Sequence record: MW021758.1
From: Serratia phage vB_SmaM_Yaphecito
Length of the DNA stretch: 40,000 nt
Strand: one strand, 5' to 3'
How positions within the stretch are numbered: position 1 is the stretch's first letter; every line of letters begins with the position of its first letter. Shown here in pieces: positions 9,475-19,050 of this stretch. The translations under genes and the position numbers were made by a program. The notes below the pieces were generated by a model. It was not told where the DNA came from, ran no database searches, and was given only the letters and a program-made list of their open reading frames with translations.

Positions 9475-11466
9475 TTACGCCTTTATCTCAGTACCGTTAC
9501 GGCGATGCTTACGACGCCAACCCTCTACATCCACAAGTAGATAATCAAATGGATGCGAAGGTCTAACTGGGTTCGTGTAACTGCTCGCAGACTGAAGCAT
9601 TTCATACTGCTGCTCGTAACTGGACTTAACGGACAAGGAGCGCCCGTTCATAATGTTGGATTTAGAATCAAACCAACGCCCAGTTCCTTTCTTCGGCAGA
9701 CGATAATCGCCGTTGGCAGGATCACGAGACATCATCGCATAGAGTACCATTTCGACGATTGCCAAGTTAACCGAGAACTTACGGTTAGTCATCTCACACA
9801 TGTCCTTCATGGCCATGGACAGAATGTCCGGGTCAGTCAGGTCATAGCGCAGCTTAGCTTTCGATTCTTTGGTAGACATGAACAATGCAGACTTCAGTTC
9901 AGCCATCAGCTCCAGGGTAGATTGGTGACGTTCTGGGAATCGCAGGATGGACTCTGTGTTATCCCAGTTAGTCATGTCGATCTTAATCTTCTTCCCTAAC
10001 GTTTCATAACCGTAATCCAGCATGTGCTTAACCATCACTTCCGTCAGGAACGGACGATAGGAGCCATGGGATGTAGGTACGATGACTGTCGTGATAGACT
10101 TATCTTCATCGTCGTTATGGATCAGCAATGTCAAACTACGAATAACAGAGAAGCGTGCCAGCTCTGCGTTACTCAGGTTCTTCATTACAGTGATGTCGGA
10201 CAGACGAGGGATATCAGCCAGATCAATTTCGATCTCTACGCGTTTATCCCAAACACCCGTGGAGAACATGATCTCGGAGATGTCACCGGCGTTAACCAGA
10301 TACTCCGAATAGAACGGATCTACTTCAAAGCCTTCACTGGTCGCAGAGATCAATAAGTGCTTCGTTGAGATTACGTCCTGAGATACACGTTCGTTCTGAG
10401 TTACAGTACAGGCATGACCGAGGTTGGTACCGCGCTGGATGGACTCACCGATATCACCCATACAGGTGCTACAGATTACCCCATCGTCCGGATGCCAACA
10501 GCTGGCTACGTTACGCAGCTGAATGACTTTACCACGGAGATGACGATCGCTCGGCTTGATCATCTTCAACGTGCCGTCTTCTGCTACATAGCGTTTCCCT
10601 GGCAGGATTGTATCCAGCTCATCAGCTTCCACTAACCACGGAACTGTCTCGGTGGAACCACAGTCACCAACCCAGATACTTTTCACGACGAACGTAAAGA
10701 GCTGCAGCTCTCGGTTATAATACTCAGTTTGTTTTACCGGGTCATCGGTTGCTTGCATCGCTTTAGATGCATCTCGACTACACATCAGATAATGAGACAG
10801 CCGATGTAGACCGCGAGAGAACCCAGACGATACCATGGTTGGGAAAATGGTCTGATCGATCTCAGAACAGAATCCCCTGGCGCCGACTACCTGGTCAAAC
10901 TGAGCGATCTTGATTTGTTTGTTGCGGTTAGCTGCAACCATCGGATTGAACCGAAGACTCGGTTTATCCATCAAGACCTTATTGATACGAGAGTACAGTT
11001 CGTTAATCCCCGCCTTGGTGTGGCGGGTTTCGTTCAACGCTTTAGAGATATCCGGATCTCTGTGGATTTGCAACAACGCCAGTGCATCTACAGAAGCCTG
11101 ATAACTTTCCCCTTCAGACGAGAATGCGTTGTGAAGCATGTTAGACAACCGATATGCAGTCGCTTGCAGATCTTCACGATCGGTTTCCGGATGCACCGCT
11201 AGAACAGAGTTCATGCCGCGGTTACGGAGCTTGTCTTCCATGCCAGGTTCCAGTCGATCGTCCCAAAGGAAGTGCTTCAGTTCCAATGGTACGTTCGGAT
11301 ATTCCCGGTGATACTGCCAGAAATACCAGGATACTAAAACCTGTTCCCAATGAGTTGGTAACTCACCATCATCAAAGACGATAATGAATTCCTCTGGGTC
11401 TTCTGCGTGTGCCCAGATCTCACGTTCTTGCCAGTTAACTAATTCACGAGCGTAACGGGTTTTCAC
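9475..11466 (-). CDS. Divergent RNA polymerase beta' C-terminal-like subunit (phiKZ non-virion RNAP gp74-like)
   Basis: ASCWHPDDGVICSTCMGDIGESIQRGTNLGHACTVTQNERVSQDVISTKHLLIS parallels RpoC C...GVCAHCYGRDLARG...[27 protein letters not shown]. Adjacent to the beta C-terminal-like gene. Confidence 0.8.
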   Translation of the reverse strand: MKTRYARELVNWQEREIWAHAEDPEEFIIVFDDGELPTHWEQVLVSWYFWQYHREYPNVPLELKHFLWDDRLEPGMEDKLRNRGMNSVLAVHPETDREDLQATAYRLSNMLHNAFSSEGESYQASVDALALLQIHRDPDISKALNETRHTKAGINELYSRINKVLMDKPSLRFNPMVAANRNKQIKIAQFDQVVGARGFCSEIDQTIFPTMVSSGFSRGLHRLSHYLMCSRDASKAMQATDDPVKQTEYYNRELQLFTFVVKSIWVGDCGSTETVPWLVEADELDTILPGKRYVAEDGTLKMIKPSDRHLRGKVIQLRNVASCWHPDDGVICSTCMGDIGESIQRGTNLGHACTVTQNERVSQDVISTKHLLISATSEGFEVDPFYSEYLVNAGDISEIMFSTGVWDKRVEIEIDLADIPRLSDITVMKNLSNAELARFSVIRSLTLLIHNDDEDKSITTVIVPTSHGSYRPFLTEVMVKHMLDYGYETLGKKIKIDMTNWDNTESILRFPERHQSTLELMAELKSALFMSTKESKAKLRYDLTDPDILSMAMKDMCEMTNRKFSVNLAIVEMVLYAMMSRDPANGDYRLPKKGTGRWFDSKSNIMNGRSLSVKSSYEQQYEMLQSASSYTNPVRPSHPFDYLLVDVEGWRRKHRRNGTEIKA

Positions 11467-13793
11467 TCTTCTTCACCTTCATCGTCGTAGTCAGCTTCAG
11501 GTTCAATGTACTCTTCTTCGTCCTCATCCTCGACGACTTCTTCCAAGGACTTAGCCAATGAACTTACCCGTGGGCGGTTGATTGGATCAGGGTATTTACG
11601 AAGCATCTCGATTTCCAGATCCGATGCAGTATCGACTTCAGCATATGCGAACTGAGCGCCGTTACAATACATCGCATTGTTCAGATAACTCAGAGACAAC
11701 GAGTTGCCGACTGGGATCTGATTACGATCGATAGTGATGTCCAGATCGGTTGGACGTTCATTCTCGATAACCTGTTTCCAGATTGCTTCTTGAGCTTTCG
11801 GATTGTTTGCACGATCCAACATATCGGCAGCCCAGTCACCACCCAGGATACCTGAATAGTTACGGATCTCTGCTTCACCGAAGAATCGGAGCGGAGACTG
11901 ACGATATGGTAAGTTGTGCTTATCGCGAGCACTCACCTTAGTTGGAACGCCGTGTACCTGACGTTTCGGTACATCGACTGCAGACCAGTCGTGACCAGTT
12001 TTCTCGAGCACCATGATATACATGTCTCCGATCATTACTGGATCAACACTACGTTCTTCACGACCCAAATCGCCGATCCAGGTTACATGCTCTACCTTAG
12101 AAGGTAACGCATCTTCAACCCGACCAATTTGCTCAATACCTAACCCAGGAGTATTCGGCGGCATATACGCAAAGATCTTATCGTCATAGACAGCTTTCAC
12201 ATGCTCACGACGACGCTTCTCCGACCAGTTCTGAGAAACGATCTTGTTGTAATACAGCGGAACACCTGCCTGATAATACGTCATCAGAATATCGAAGGCA
12301 TCTTCCCAACGATCCTGATCAACGAAGTCCCGGACTTTCTTCTCAACCTCTTCGGCCTTATAGTTCATGTAATGCTCGAACAAGACCGACGGGTTCATAC
12401 GGTTGATAGTACTTAAGCCATCGCCGATGAAATCAGCAACTGTACCATCAGGATAAGTTGGCATCTCCGAACGCGGTTTAATGCGACAGATTACGCCCTT
12501 GCCACCGTACATATTGGTTAATTTGAAACCGATCGTCGGCACGATATCGTACATGAAACGAATCGCAATACGCACCGTTGGGATCGGAGTGTTCTTGTAA
12601 CGATAACGACGCTTCCCTGGTTTGGTCAGCATGAAGTCACGGGAGTCTGTAATGAACCGATGAAGTGCACGGCTCAGACGAGGTTTCCCACGGCTACGGT
12701 TCTTGATCAGCGTATAGGCAGCATCCACTTGCTTGTGGAACTTCTGCTTAGCTTTCCAGAACTTGTCGATATAGTCAGACTCATTCGGACCAGTGGCTTC
12801 AAACGTCGGCATCTTATCAACGCCGTCGCCATCAGTACACCAGATATCGACATCCAGTACACGGGCATTCAGAGAACCCGCCTCGATGTAATAACGCTCA
12901 TCGAAGAAGTGATCCACTGTACCCATGGCGTCTTCGGTCATCTCTACCGCACCCAGGATATCGTCATAATCCCGAAGAGATGCAATCAGTCCATCTGGAC
13001 GGATCTTATCACCCGGACCTGGGAACGGAATATACGATCCTTTCGACCCATAGCTGTTAGTCAGATACTTACCCTTAGGTACGTTGATGACAATCTCGCC
13101 ATAGCCAGTCGTAGTGTTTTCCTCACACCACTCCTGAGACACCATGAAACCATCCTCGGTAACATAGTGCGACGACATGAACGCCGTTTTGGTTGGGGTA
13201 CCGAAGATATAGTCGCCCTCAGGCATAACACCAGGACTTTTTGTCAACCAGGTATTTGCTTGAAGTACGTTACCCGCTTGAGTACGGAACATCGCTTCTT
13301 CATTGATGTCGAACTCAAAACCAAAGTTATTGTGATGAGAGCAATACTTAGTGACTTCCATCAAGTCATATTCTTGCTTCTTCACGTTGAAGACGAACAG
13401 ATACCGAGTTGGGTTATATTTGAAACTACGCTCACCGAACCCGACATTATATTTATCGATTGCTGCGATGATCTCTACCGGCTCGTCCACTTTAACGCCA
13501 AAAGTATACTTGGCATATTCGTGTTCAACACCGGTGAAGAATCGTTGACGCTTCAGTCCTTTGGTCAACAGCTTCTGCTGAATCTGAGAACCTAACATCA
13601 CCAGACGACTTGGAGATGTACACGGAGCATACGGTGCCAAGTTGGTCGCTGTTCCCGCTACCCTTACGTCCACTTGTCCTTGCTCTAGTTCCGACATCTG
13701 ATATTCAGTCATACGCTCCTCGATGGAATAGTGAATAATACGGGTGTTGGCTTTTAAACCAACACCTTTCTTTTGTTTTGATTTACCTATCAT
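11463..13793 (-). CDS. Divergent RNA polymerase beta C-terminal-like subunit (phiKZ gp71-73-like); start may really be at 13712 (MTEYQMSELEQ)
   Basis: GFKLTNMYGGKGVICRIKPRSEMPTYPDGTVADFIGDGLSTINRMNPSVLFEHYM parallels RpoB [61 protein letters not shown] SD sits just upstream of the internal Met. Confidence 0.85.
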   Translation of the reverse strand: MIGKSKQKKGVGLKANTRIIHYSIEERMTEYQMSELEQGQVDVRVAGTATNLAPYAPCTSPSRLVMLGSQIQQKLLTKGLKRQRFFTGVEHEYAKYTFGVKVDEPVEIIAAIDKYNVGFGERSFKYNPTRYLFVFNVKKQEYDLMEVTKYCSHHNNFGFEFDINEEAMFRTQAGNVLQANTWLTKSPGVMPEGDYIFGTPTKTAFMSSHYVTEDGFMVSQEWCEENTTTGYGEIVINVPKGKYLTNSYGSKGSYIPFPGPGDKIRPDGLIASLRDYDDILGAVEMTEDAMGTVDHFFDERYYIEAGSLNARVLDVDIWCTDGDGVDKMPTFEATGPNESDYIDKFWKAKQKFHKQVDAAYTLIKNRSRGKPRLSRALHRFITDSRDFMLTKPGKRRYRYKNTPIPTVRIAIRFMYDIVPTIGFKLTNMYGGKGVICRIKPRSEMPTYPDGTVADFIGDGLSTINRMNPSVLFEHYMNYKAEEVEKKVRDFVDQDRWEDAFDILMTYYQAGVPLYYNKIVSQNWSEKRRREHVKAVYDDKIFAYMPPNTPGLGIEQIGRVEDALPSKVEHVTWIGDLGREERSVDPVMIGDMYIMVLEKTGHDWSAVDVPKRQVHGVPTKVSARDKHNLPYRQSPLRFFGEAEIRNYSGILGGDWAADMLDRANNPKAQEAIWKQVIENERPTDLDITIDRNQIPVGNSLSLSYLNNAMYCNGAQFAYAEVDTASDLEIEMLRKYPDPINRPRVSSLAKSLEEVVEDEDEEEYIEPEADYDDEGEEE
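13743..13766 (-). promoter_or_regulatory. Hairpin in the putative 5' leader of the beta-like gene (GGTGTTGG-TTTAAAAG-CCAACACC on the minus strand)
   Basis: 8-bp perfect inverted repeat between the promoter-like motif (13794-13811) and the SD-preceded ATG at 13712. Confidence 0.45.
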
Positions 13794-13811
13794 TTAGGTA
13801 ATATATACATG
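13794..13811 (-). promoter_or_regulatory. Promoter-like motif CATGTATATATTACCTAA
   Basis: Same sequence core as at 18982-19000; contains TATATTAC. Confidence 0.5.
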
Positions 13812-13832
13812 AAATCATTTTAGGAAATCATC

Positions 13833-14180
13833 ATGGCGACTAACTTAATCGACGCAATGAATAATCCTGGGCCAGCTATCTACTACGAACGCGGGTTCTA
13901 CAATATCGTAGAAGATCATTTGCAGTGGCTCCAAGATCCGGCAAACTCTAATCTTCACAAAGTCAGCGGGATGGAAGCTCACCGTTATTACGGCCGCTTT
14001 TATGCATTCCTTCGCGATGTAGTGAACGCCAATAAACCGGAGTACTACTACACGATCCTCAGAGTTAATAACATGACCTCACCGATTCAGTTCGATGAGA
14101 ATTGGCATGAGATACTCATCCCTAAAGATGGTAAGATTGAAACCCTGATGGAAAAGTATTTGGCCTTTAAAGCCAGTTAA
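13833..14180 (+). CDS. Hypothetical protein, 115 aa (one of three plus-strand genes)
   Basis: ORF with upstream TTTTAGGAAATCATC; fills the gap between minus-strand transcription units. Confidence 0.7.
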   Translation: MATNLIDAMNNPGPAIYYERGFYNIVEDHLQWLQDPANSNLHKVSGMEAHRYYGRFYAFLRDVVNANKPEYYYTILRVNNMTSPIQFDENWHEILIPKDGKIETLMEKYLAFKAS

Positions 14181-14249
14181 CAAATCAAGTGTAGCCGGCG
14201 TAAATTGCGACCTATTTACGTAAAAAAATAAATCGACTAAGCATAGATC

Positions 14250-14277
14250 CCCTCTCTACCTATTAAGGTAGAGAGGG
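14250..14277. terminator. 12-bp perfect hairpin CCCTCTCTACCT-ATTA-AGGTAGAGAGGG between converging genes
   Basis: Inverted repeat between the plus gene ending at 14180 and the minus gene ending at 14283. Confidence 0.65.
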
Positions 14278-14282
14278 CTATG

Positions 14283-14507
14283 TCAGAACCAACGAACGAC
14301 TTCTGCTTCGGTGGAGTTGGAATACTGTTGGACTTCTTCAACCGAGATATCCAATACGGCTGCGATAGTTTCATCGTCAATCGATTTCTCTTTTGCAACC
14401 TGAACCTGGCGCCACAGAGATAGCTCAAGAACTTCCCCGTATAACAGAACAGCTTCTTTCACAATACCGCTAACTTCTTTACATCCAGACATAGTTTCCT
14501 CGAACAA
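14283..14507 (-). CDS. Small hypothetical protein, 74 aa
   Basis: ORF flanked by hairpins on both sides. Confidence 0.55.
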   Translation of the reverse strand: MFEETMSGCKEVSGIVKEAVLLYGEVLELSLWRQVQVAKEKSIDDETIAAVLDISVEEVQQYSNSTEAEVVRWF

Positions 14508-14513
14508 AATAGG

Positions 14514-14535
14514 GAGGAGGGCTTTACCCCTCCTC
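14514..14535. terminator. Hairpin GAGGAGGG-CTTTAC-CCCTCCTC
   Basis: Inverted repeat downstream of the minus-strand gene 14546-15871. Confidence 0.5.
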
Positions 14536-14545
14536 TATGTTTAAC

Positions 14546-15871
14546 TTACCAACGGCGACGAGTACTTACGTTGTCGAACCAGGAATCGTCATTACCGCCG
14601 CGAGTATCTCGGCGATCATCGCGACTGAACCGGTCTTCACGGCTATAGCGGTCGTCTCGACGACCGAATCCGCGGTCATCACGTTCATCACGATAGCGAC
14701 TATCCCGGCCACGATCACGATCGTCGTAGCGATCATCACGACGGCTGCGATAACGATCTTCACGACCATATCCGCGATCGTCGTCCCGACCAGCGCGACC
14801 ACGCCAGCTAACAGTTCTTTCATCTTCACGACTTTCTTCCTGACGCACGAAGCGGTTACCTTCGTCACGAGGACGCAGGATACTCTGGCGACCTGCAGAC
14901 ACTTCACGACGCAGAGTACGACGCTCTTCACGTTTAACTTTCTCTTCCTGACGAGACTTCATCTCAGCGAGTTCATCTTCATTCGCTTCACCGATATTAC
15001 CGTCCAGTGGCGGGATATCGTTTTTGTAGTCGTTCAGGTCGGCCATGTTTTTCACCCAGTTGGTCTGGATGATACAACCTTCCAGCTCCGCGAAGTCTTC
15101 GCAGAATACTTTGGTGACCTTGTTCAGGTCATTGGCCAGCAGAGAGAACGCCATCATCAAACTGTGGAAGTTTGGCGCTACCTGAGAACGGCTACCGTAA
15201 GAATAGTCGTCCATGGAAGTATCGATGTTCGGGAAGATCCGACGCATCACCTTGAAGAAAGTACTGCGATCACGAACCAGGAACGGTACGTCGAAGATTT
15301 TCTTTTCCGGAGAATGTTCTTCATCCATGATCGGGAAGGTGGTCGTACAGACACGAGGATATTCCTCACCCTTCCACAGGCCGCTACGTTTCACGAACAT
15401 GTTGACCAGGGCATACTGACCTTTGAAGTCTACTTTCTCCTGGATCAGTTTTTGCACCGCAGTCAGCGTCTTCTTGGTCACGTCCGGCACGTCGCGCAGA
15501 TACTCACGTTGTTCCGGAGTCAACTGCGGGTGTTTGTCAGTATCCAGCGCCAGCGTGAAGATGAAGTTCAGCAGAGTGCAGGTTACGCGATATACCCGAT
15601 TAGAAACCGCCAGCGCCAGACGTTCCTGGACTTCGGATTTCTTACGACGTACGTTCTCAGACAGAGGATGGAACGGGATCTGGTTATCGTAGTCCGGATT
15701 CTTCAACCACTCATCGGTCGGGATGGTCAGTTGCTTACCTTTGATCGTGAACGGGGTTTTCACCCCGGCCTCGTTCAGTAGTACGTGCATCTTGGAATCA
15801 ACTTCGAAACCTAATGCGATCATGATCTCTTTATAGATCGTAGTCAGTTTCTTTTTGTTCTCTGCGCTCAT
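14546..15871 (-). CDS. Protein with folded N-terminal region and long R/D/G-rich disordered C-terminus; possible nucleus-associated RNA-binding protein
   Basis: C-terminus RGRAGRDDDRGYGREDRYRSRRDDRYDDRDRGRDSRYRDERDDRGFGRRDDRYSREDRFSRDDRRDTRGG; located in the nvRNAP gene cluster. Confidence 0.6.
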   Translation of the reverse strand: MSAENKKKLTTIYKEIMIALGFEVDSKMHVLLNEAGVKTPFTIKGKQLTIPTDEWLKNPDYDNQIPFHPLSENVRRKKSEVQERLALAVSNRVYRVTCTLLNFIFTLALDTDKHPQLTPEQREYLRDVPDVTKKTLTAVQKLIQEKVDFKGQYALVNMFVKRSGLWKGEEYPRVCTTTFPIMDEEHSPEKKIFDVPFLVRDRSTFFKVMRRIFPNIDTSMDDYSYGSRSQVAPNFHSLMMAFSLLANDLNKVTKVFCEDFAELEGCIIQTNWVKNMADLNDYKNDIPPLDGNIGEANEDELAEMKSRQEEKVKREERRTLRREVSAGRQSILRPRDEGNRFVRQEESREDERTVSWRGRAGRDDDRGYGREDRYRSRRDDRYDDRDRGRDSRYRDERDDRGFGRRDDRYSREDRFSRDDRRDTRGGNDDSWFDNVSTRRRW

Positions 15872-15903
15872 TATACTTTACTCTCTTTTAAAATTGGGTT
15901 GGA

Positions 15904-17397
15904 TTAATAACCGTCGCGGTCGAAGTAGTCGCGAGTTGGCTCATCAGTTTCAGCACGCATTTGGTCTACGACATCGTCGATGATTGCACTCAGATCGTTA
16001 CCGATCTTAGCTGCCTGATCGTAGTCAGGAGTTTTCATCGGAGAAGTCAAACCATCACAGAAGCACGGAGCTACGAACTCTTCGTCCTCATCACCTTCAA
16101 TGCTGATGGTGATTTTGATATCGGTGATGACAGAACAGTCGATCTGAACATCGATCAACATTTGGTTGTTGTGCGATACCACTTCGCCGACTTGCAGAAC
16201 CAGCAGGTCTTCCAGCGGAGTCAGATACGGAGTTACGTCCATACCTGGGATCATTGCACGAGGGCCTTCTACCAGCGCTTTCATTTCACCAGTCAATGTA
16301 TCATTAGTGATCTTAATGATAGCATCGGAGATGAAGTGTTGCATCATCAACGCCGGAACAGATTGCGCGATGATAGATGCTGCGATGGTCTTACGGTCAG
16401 AGCCTTTCCAGTCGCTACCACGACCACGTTCGTAACCAGTATAGCCACGTTTACCCACTTCGCCGGCATCGATGAAGCGCGTTGCACGCTCATCCCAATC
16501 GGTGCAGTCTGCAAACTCACGCAGAGTGATGGAACCACTTACGCCGAAATCACAGCTGGCCAGGAATTCCATGAACAGTGTGTTTGAACCGATATCGTTC
16601 GGCATAGTTGCCGCTGCTGCATGTTCTGCTGGAGTCAGCTCTTCTGCCGCAAAACGAGATTCGACATTGAACTCCGGCTGAGTGTTAGTTTCAGCCATGA
16701 TCCCTGCACGAAGAACGCGAGACAGATAGTTGGACGCATTGTTATCAGTACGACGACCCAGTTTGATTTCGTTACCGAGATCGCCACGAGTATCGATGAT
16801 TTCGTCACTACCGCCCAGGAAGCGAGTTTGTTCTGCAATAGAACGGTTATTGAAGATATCGTTTGGACGAAGCAGACGTTCAGGTTCGTCAAAGCCCAGA
16901 CGACGAGTACGGTCGTTACGCAGCGCGTTTGGTCGGATGATGTAATCGTTGCTCTCAATACGAGAACGACGAGTATTACCACGACCGGTGCTGAACACGG
17001 TATCTGCGATAGTGGTGGAGTTGTTGACATACAGCAACATCTCATCATCCAGAGAACCACTTACACGAGACACGCCGTTATAGTCAGTATAGCCAGTCAA
17101 TACCTGACGACGACTACGACCATTATAATCGTCGATCAGTACAGTGATGATGAAACTGAGACGTTTTTCGCCCCAGCCGCCTGGGATTACGATTTCGCCA
17201 CGGTGACGAGATTGCATCGTGATCGCAGAACCCACAGAACGGGACAATGCAGTCGGTGACAAGTTACGACCGTTGTTGGTGTTACGCAACAGGTCATTCG
17301 ATACATCTCCGTCGAAGTGAGTATCGAAAGAACGAGAGAACTGATCATCGTAGTTAGAAGATTCGAAGAAGATTGCGTCGATAACTTGAGGTTTCAT
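15904..17397 (-). CDS. Conserved-type hypothetical protein in the nvRNAP cluster; positional candidate for a phiKZ gp69-type protein
   Basis: Long ORF between the 505-aa and 441-aa genes; assignment is synteny inference only. Confidence 0.55.
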   Translation of the reverse strand: MKPQVIDAIFFESSNYDDQFSRSFDTHFDGDVSNDLLRNTNNGRNLSPTALSRSVGSAITMQSRHRGEIVIPGGWGEKRLSFIITVLIDDYNGRSRRQVLTGYTDYNGVSRVSGSLDDEMLLYVNNSTTIADTVFSTGRGNTRRSRIESNDYIIRPNALRNDRTRRLGFDEPERLLRPNDIFNNRSIAEQTRFLGGSDEIIDTRGDLGNEIKLGRRTDNNASNYLSRVLRAGIMAETNTQPEFNVESRFAAEELTPAEHAAAATMPNDIGSNTLFMEFLASCDFGVSGSITLREFADCTDWDERATRFIDAGEVGKRGYTGYERGRGSDWKGSDRKTIAASIIAQSVPALMMQHFISDAIIKITNDTLTGEMKALVEGPRAMIPGMDVTPYLTPLEDLLVLQVGEVVSHNNQMLIDVQIDCSVITDIKITISIEGDEDEEFVAPCFCDGLTSPMKTPDYDQAAKIGNDLSAIIDDVVDQMRAETDEPTRDYFDRDGY

Positions 17398-17429
17398 TTA
17401 TTGTCTTTCCTTTTCTTAGTCGATTTATT

Positions 17430-18947
17430 TTACAGGCCAGTTGGGCCGTTTAATGCAACGATGAAGTCAGCCAGGATCAGTCGGATATCGCTAGGGATAA
17501 CCATACCGCCTTCCCGAATAACCATCTTGGAGCTTTCCGCAATGACGTCATCGGTATCACGATACCAATAATAGCCTGCGAATTTACTTGTTAATGTTTC
17601 AATGGCAATTGTGCCCGGATCTTTCAATACCGTCTTAGAGCCAGTACCCGCTTTTACTTGGCGACGATATGGATAGATGGTTGCCAGTATAGTTTTGTGG
17701 TGATCTTTGATCTGCTCGCTACCAGAGATCGTATTACACGGCTCACCGCGACTTGCACCTAACAGATCAGCCAGAGTAGAGAACCCTTTCTGATGCAGAT
17801 AGGTCTGAGCTACCGACAACATGTTAATCGCACCGGTACGATCGGTGTGAGGCATTGCACGAGTCGGGTTAATTTTCGCTAACGTCAGTGCCGTTAACTT
17901 AACTTGCTCTTCGGTCGGGTTGAAATACTTACGGAGCGAGTTACGACGAACCAGTCGTTTCAACAGATCCAGATCGATATCGTTCATCAACCGACGACCC
18001 ATCAACGCCGCATCTGCTGCAGAATAGTCGAACTCAATTCGAGTACCATCACTGATACGTTCCTTGGGCTTATAACTTTCCGCTGTAGACGAGTTGTCTT
18101 CTTCGCTACCGTTCGCCGACGTAAACGTCTTAGGACGAACATCTCCTTTCTTACGGTTCTGGTCAGGGCTCAGTTTAGCCCGAGTTTGTGCCCAGAGCGT
18201 AGAGATCAGGTTAACTGTTTGCTCTTTGTTCGCATCGTCGTTGTGAGACACTACCGCAGCTGCCAGTCGTTCTACCATCATCAGACTGAAGATCCACTCC
18301 GGCATGTCCAACGTCCCGATACCTTCGAGAATGTTTCTCATGCCCGGATCGTTATCCGATGCGATATAATCCACGAATACGCGGAACCGCTGGAATGGAG
18401 CACTCTCTTCAATACCACTACGTTGCAGCAACGCCATGGATACTACTTCCTGCTGGTTCTCACGCAACCCCAGTTTGAGCATGGTATACTCAGACCAGAT
18501 CGGCAACATGAACTTCAGGATTACCGACAGAGACGTCAGCTGACGATAGTCGTCACGCAGATACGTTTGCTCAGGTCGGTCACGCTCATCCATTTCGTCT
18601 TTCAGGTTATCTGGAAAACGAATCTGAGAACGCGTTCTTACCCAGTGATCAACCAGGTCGATCGGATGATACTTCGCGATCTTAATGACTTCCTTGTTGA
18701 TGATACTGAACAGGACGTTTGGATCGAATACTACACCGAGCACATCGCGGATATTCCTGAACGCCTGGAAGATCGCAGCCTGCTCTTCTTCTGGACGCCA
18801 CCGCCAGAAATCGTTGATGTCCCGAAACATTTCCGCGTTTACCTTCTTGTAATAACGCATGTCCCAGACCAACGGCTCTTCTCCGGGATGTCCCATCAAA
18901 ACGAGCTTTTGTTTCTCGTCGATTTCCGGATCAAAATAGATTTCCAT
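17430..18947 (-). CDS. Candidate fifth (sigma-like, gp68-like) subunit of the non-virion RNAP
   Basis: 505 aa, close to the size I recall for phiKZ gp68, and in the matching position between beta' N-terminal and beta C-terminal genes; no diagnostic motif read. Confidence 0.4.
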   Translation of the reverse strand: MEIYFDPEIDEKQKLVLMGHPGEEPLVWDMRYYKKVNAEMFRDINDFWRWRPEEEQAAIFQAFRNIRDVLGVVFDPNVLFSIINKEVIKIAKYHPIDLVDHWVRTRSQIRFPDNLKDEMDERDRPEQTYLRDDYRQLTSLSVILKFMLPIWSEYTMLKLGLRENQQEVVSMALLQRSGIEESAPFQRFRVFVDYIASDNDPGMRNILEGIGTLDMPEWIFSLMMVERLAAAVVSHNDDANKEQTVNLISTLWAQTRAKLSPDQNRKKGDVRPKTFTSANGSEEDNSSTAESYKPKERISDGTRIEFDYSAADAALMGRRLMNDIDLDLLKRLVRRNSLRKYFNPTEEQVKLTALTLAKINPTRAMPHTDRTGAINMLSVAQTYLHQKGFSTLADLLGASRGEPCNTISGSEQIKDHHKTILATIYPYRRQVKAGTGSKTVLKDPGTIAIETLTSKFAGYYWYRDTDDVIAESSKMVIREGGMVIPSDIRLILADFIVALNGPTGL

Positions 18948-18981
18948 GAAGTCTCCTGTAGACCATTTGGTTTGTTATCAA

Positions 18982-19000
18982 TTAGGTAATATATACGTGA
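18982..19000 (-). promoter_or_regulatory. Promoter-like motif TCACGTATATATTACCTAA about 35 nt upstream of the gp68-like start
   Basis: Shares TATATTACCTAA with 13794-13811; preceded by TTTT. Confidence 0.55.
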
Positions 19001-19050
19001 AAAATAGTAGAGACTGCTGAGGGCAAGTAGCCCTCAGCAGCTTTACCGTA

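Noticed and set aside
12660-13595. 311-aa plus-strand ORF antisense to the RNAP beta-like gene
   Set aside because: Shadow of the coding frame that carries the clear RpoB-like motif.
14560-14900. Imperfect CGR/GAY-rich repeat tract resembling a satellite or CRISPR-like array
   Set aside because: No fixed repeat length or spacers; it encodes the R/D-rich C-terminal tail.
14537-15781. 414-aa plus-strand ORF rich in I/T/A
   Set aside because: Composition is the direct reverse-complement consequence of the R/D-rich tail codons of the minus-strand gene.
17904-18989. 361-aa plus-strand ORF antisense to the gp68-like gene
   Set aside because: It overlaps a well-supported minus-strand gene and covers its promoter-like motif; treated as a shadow ORF.
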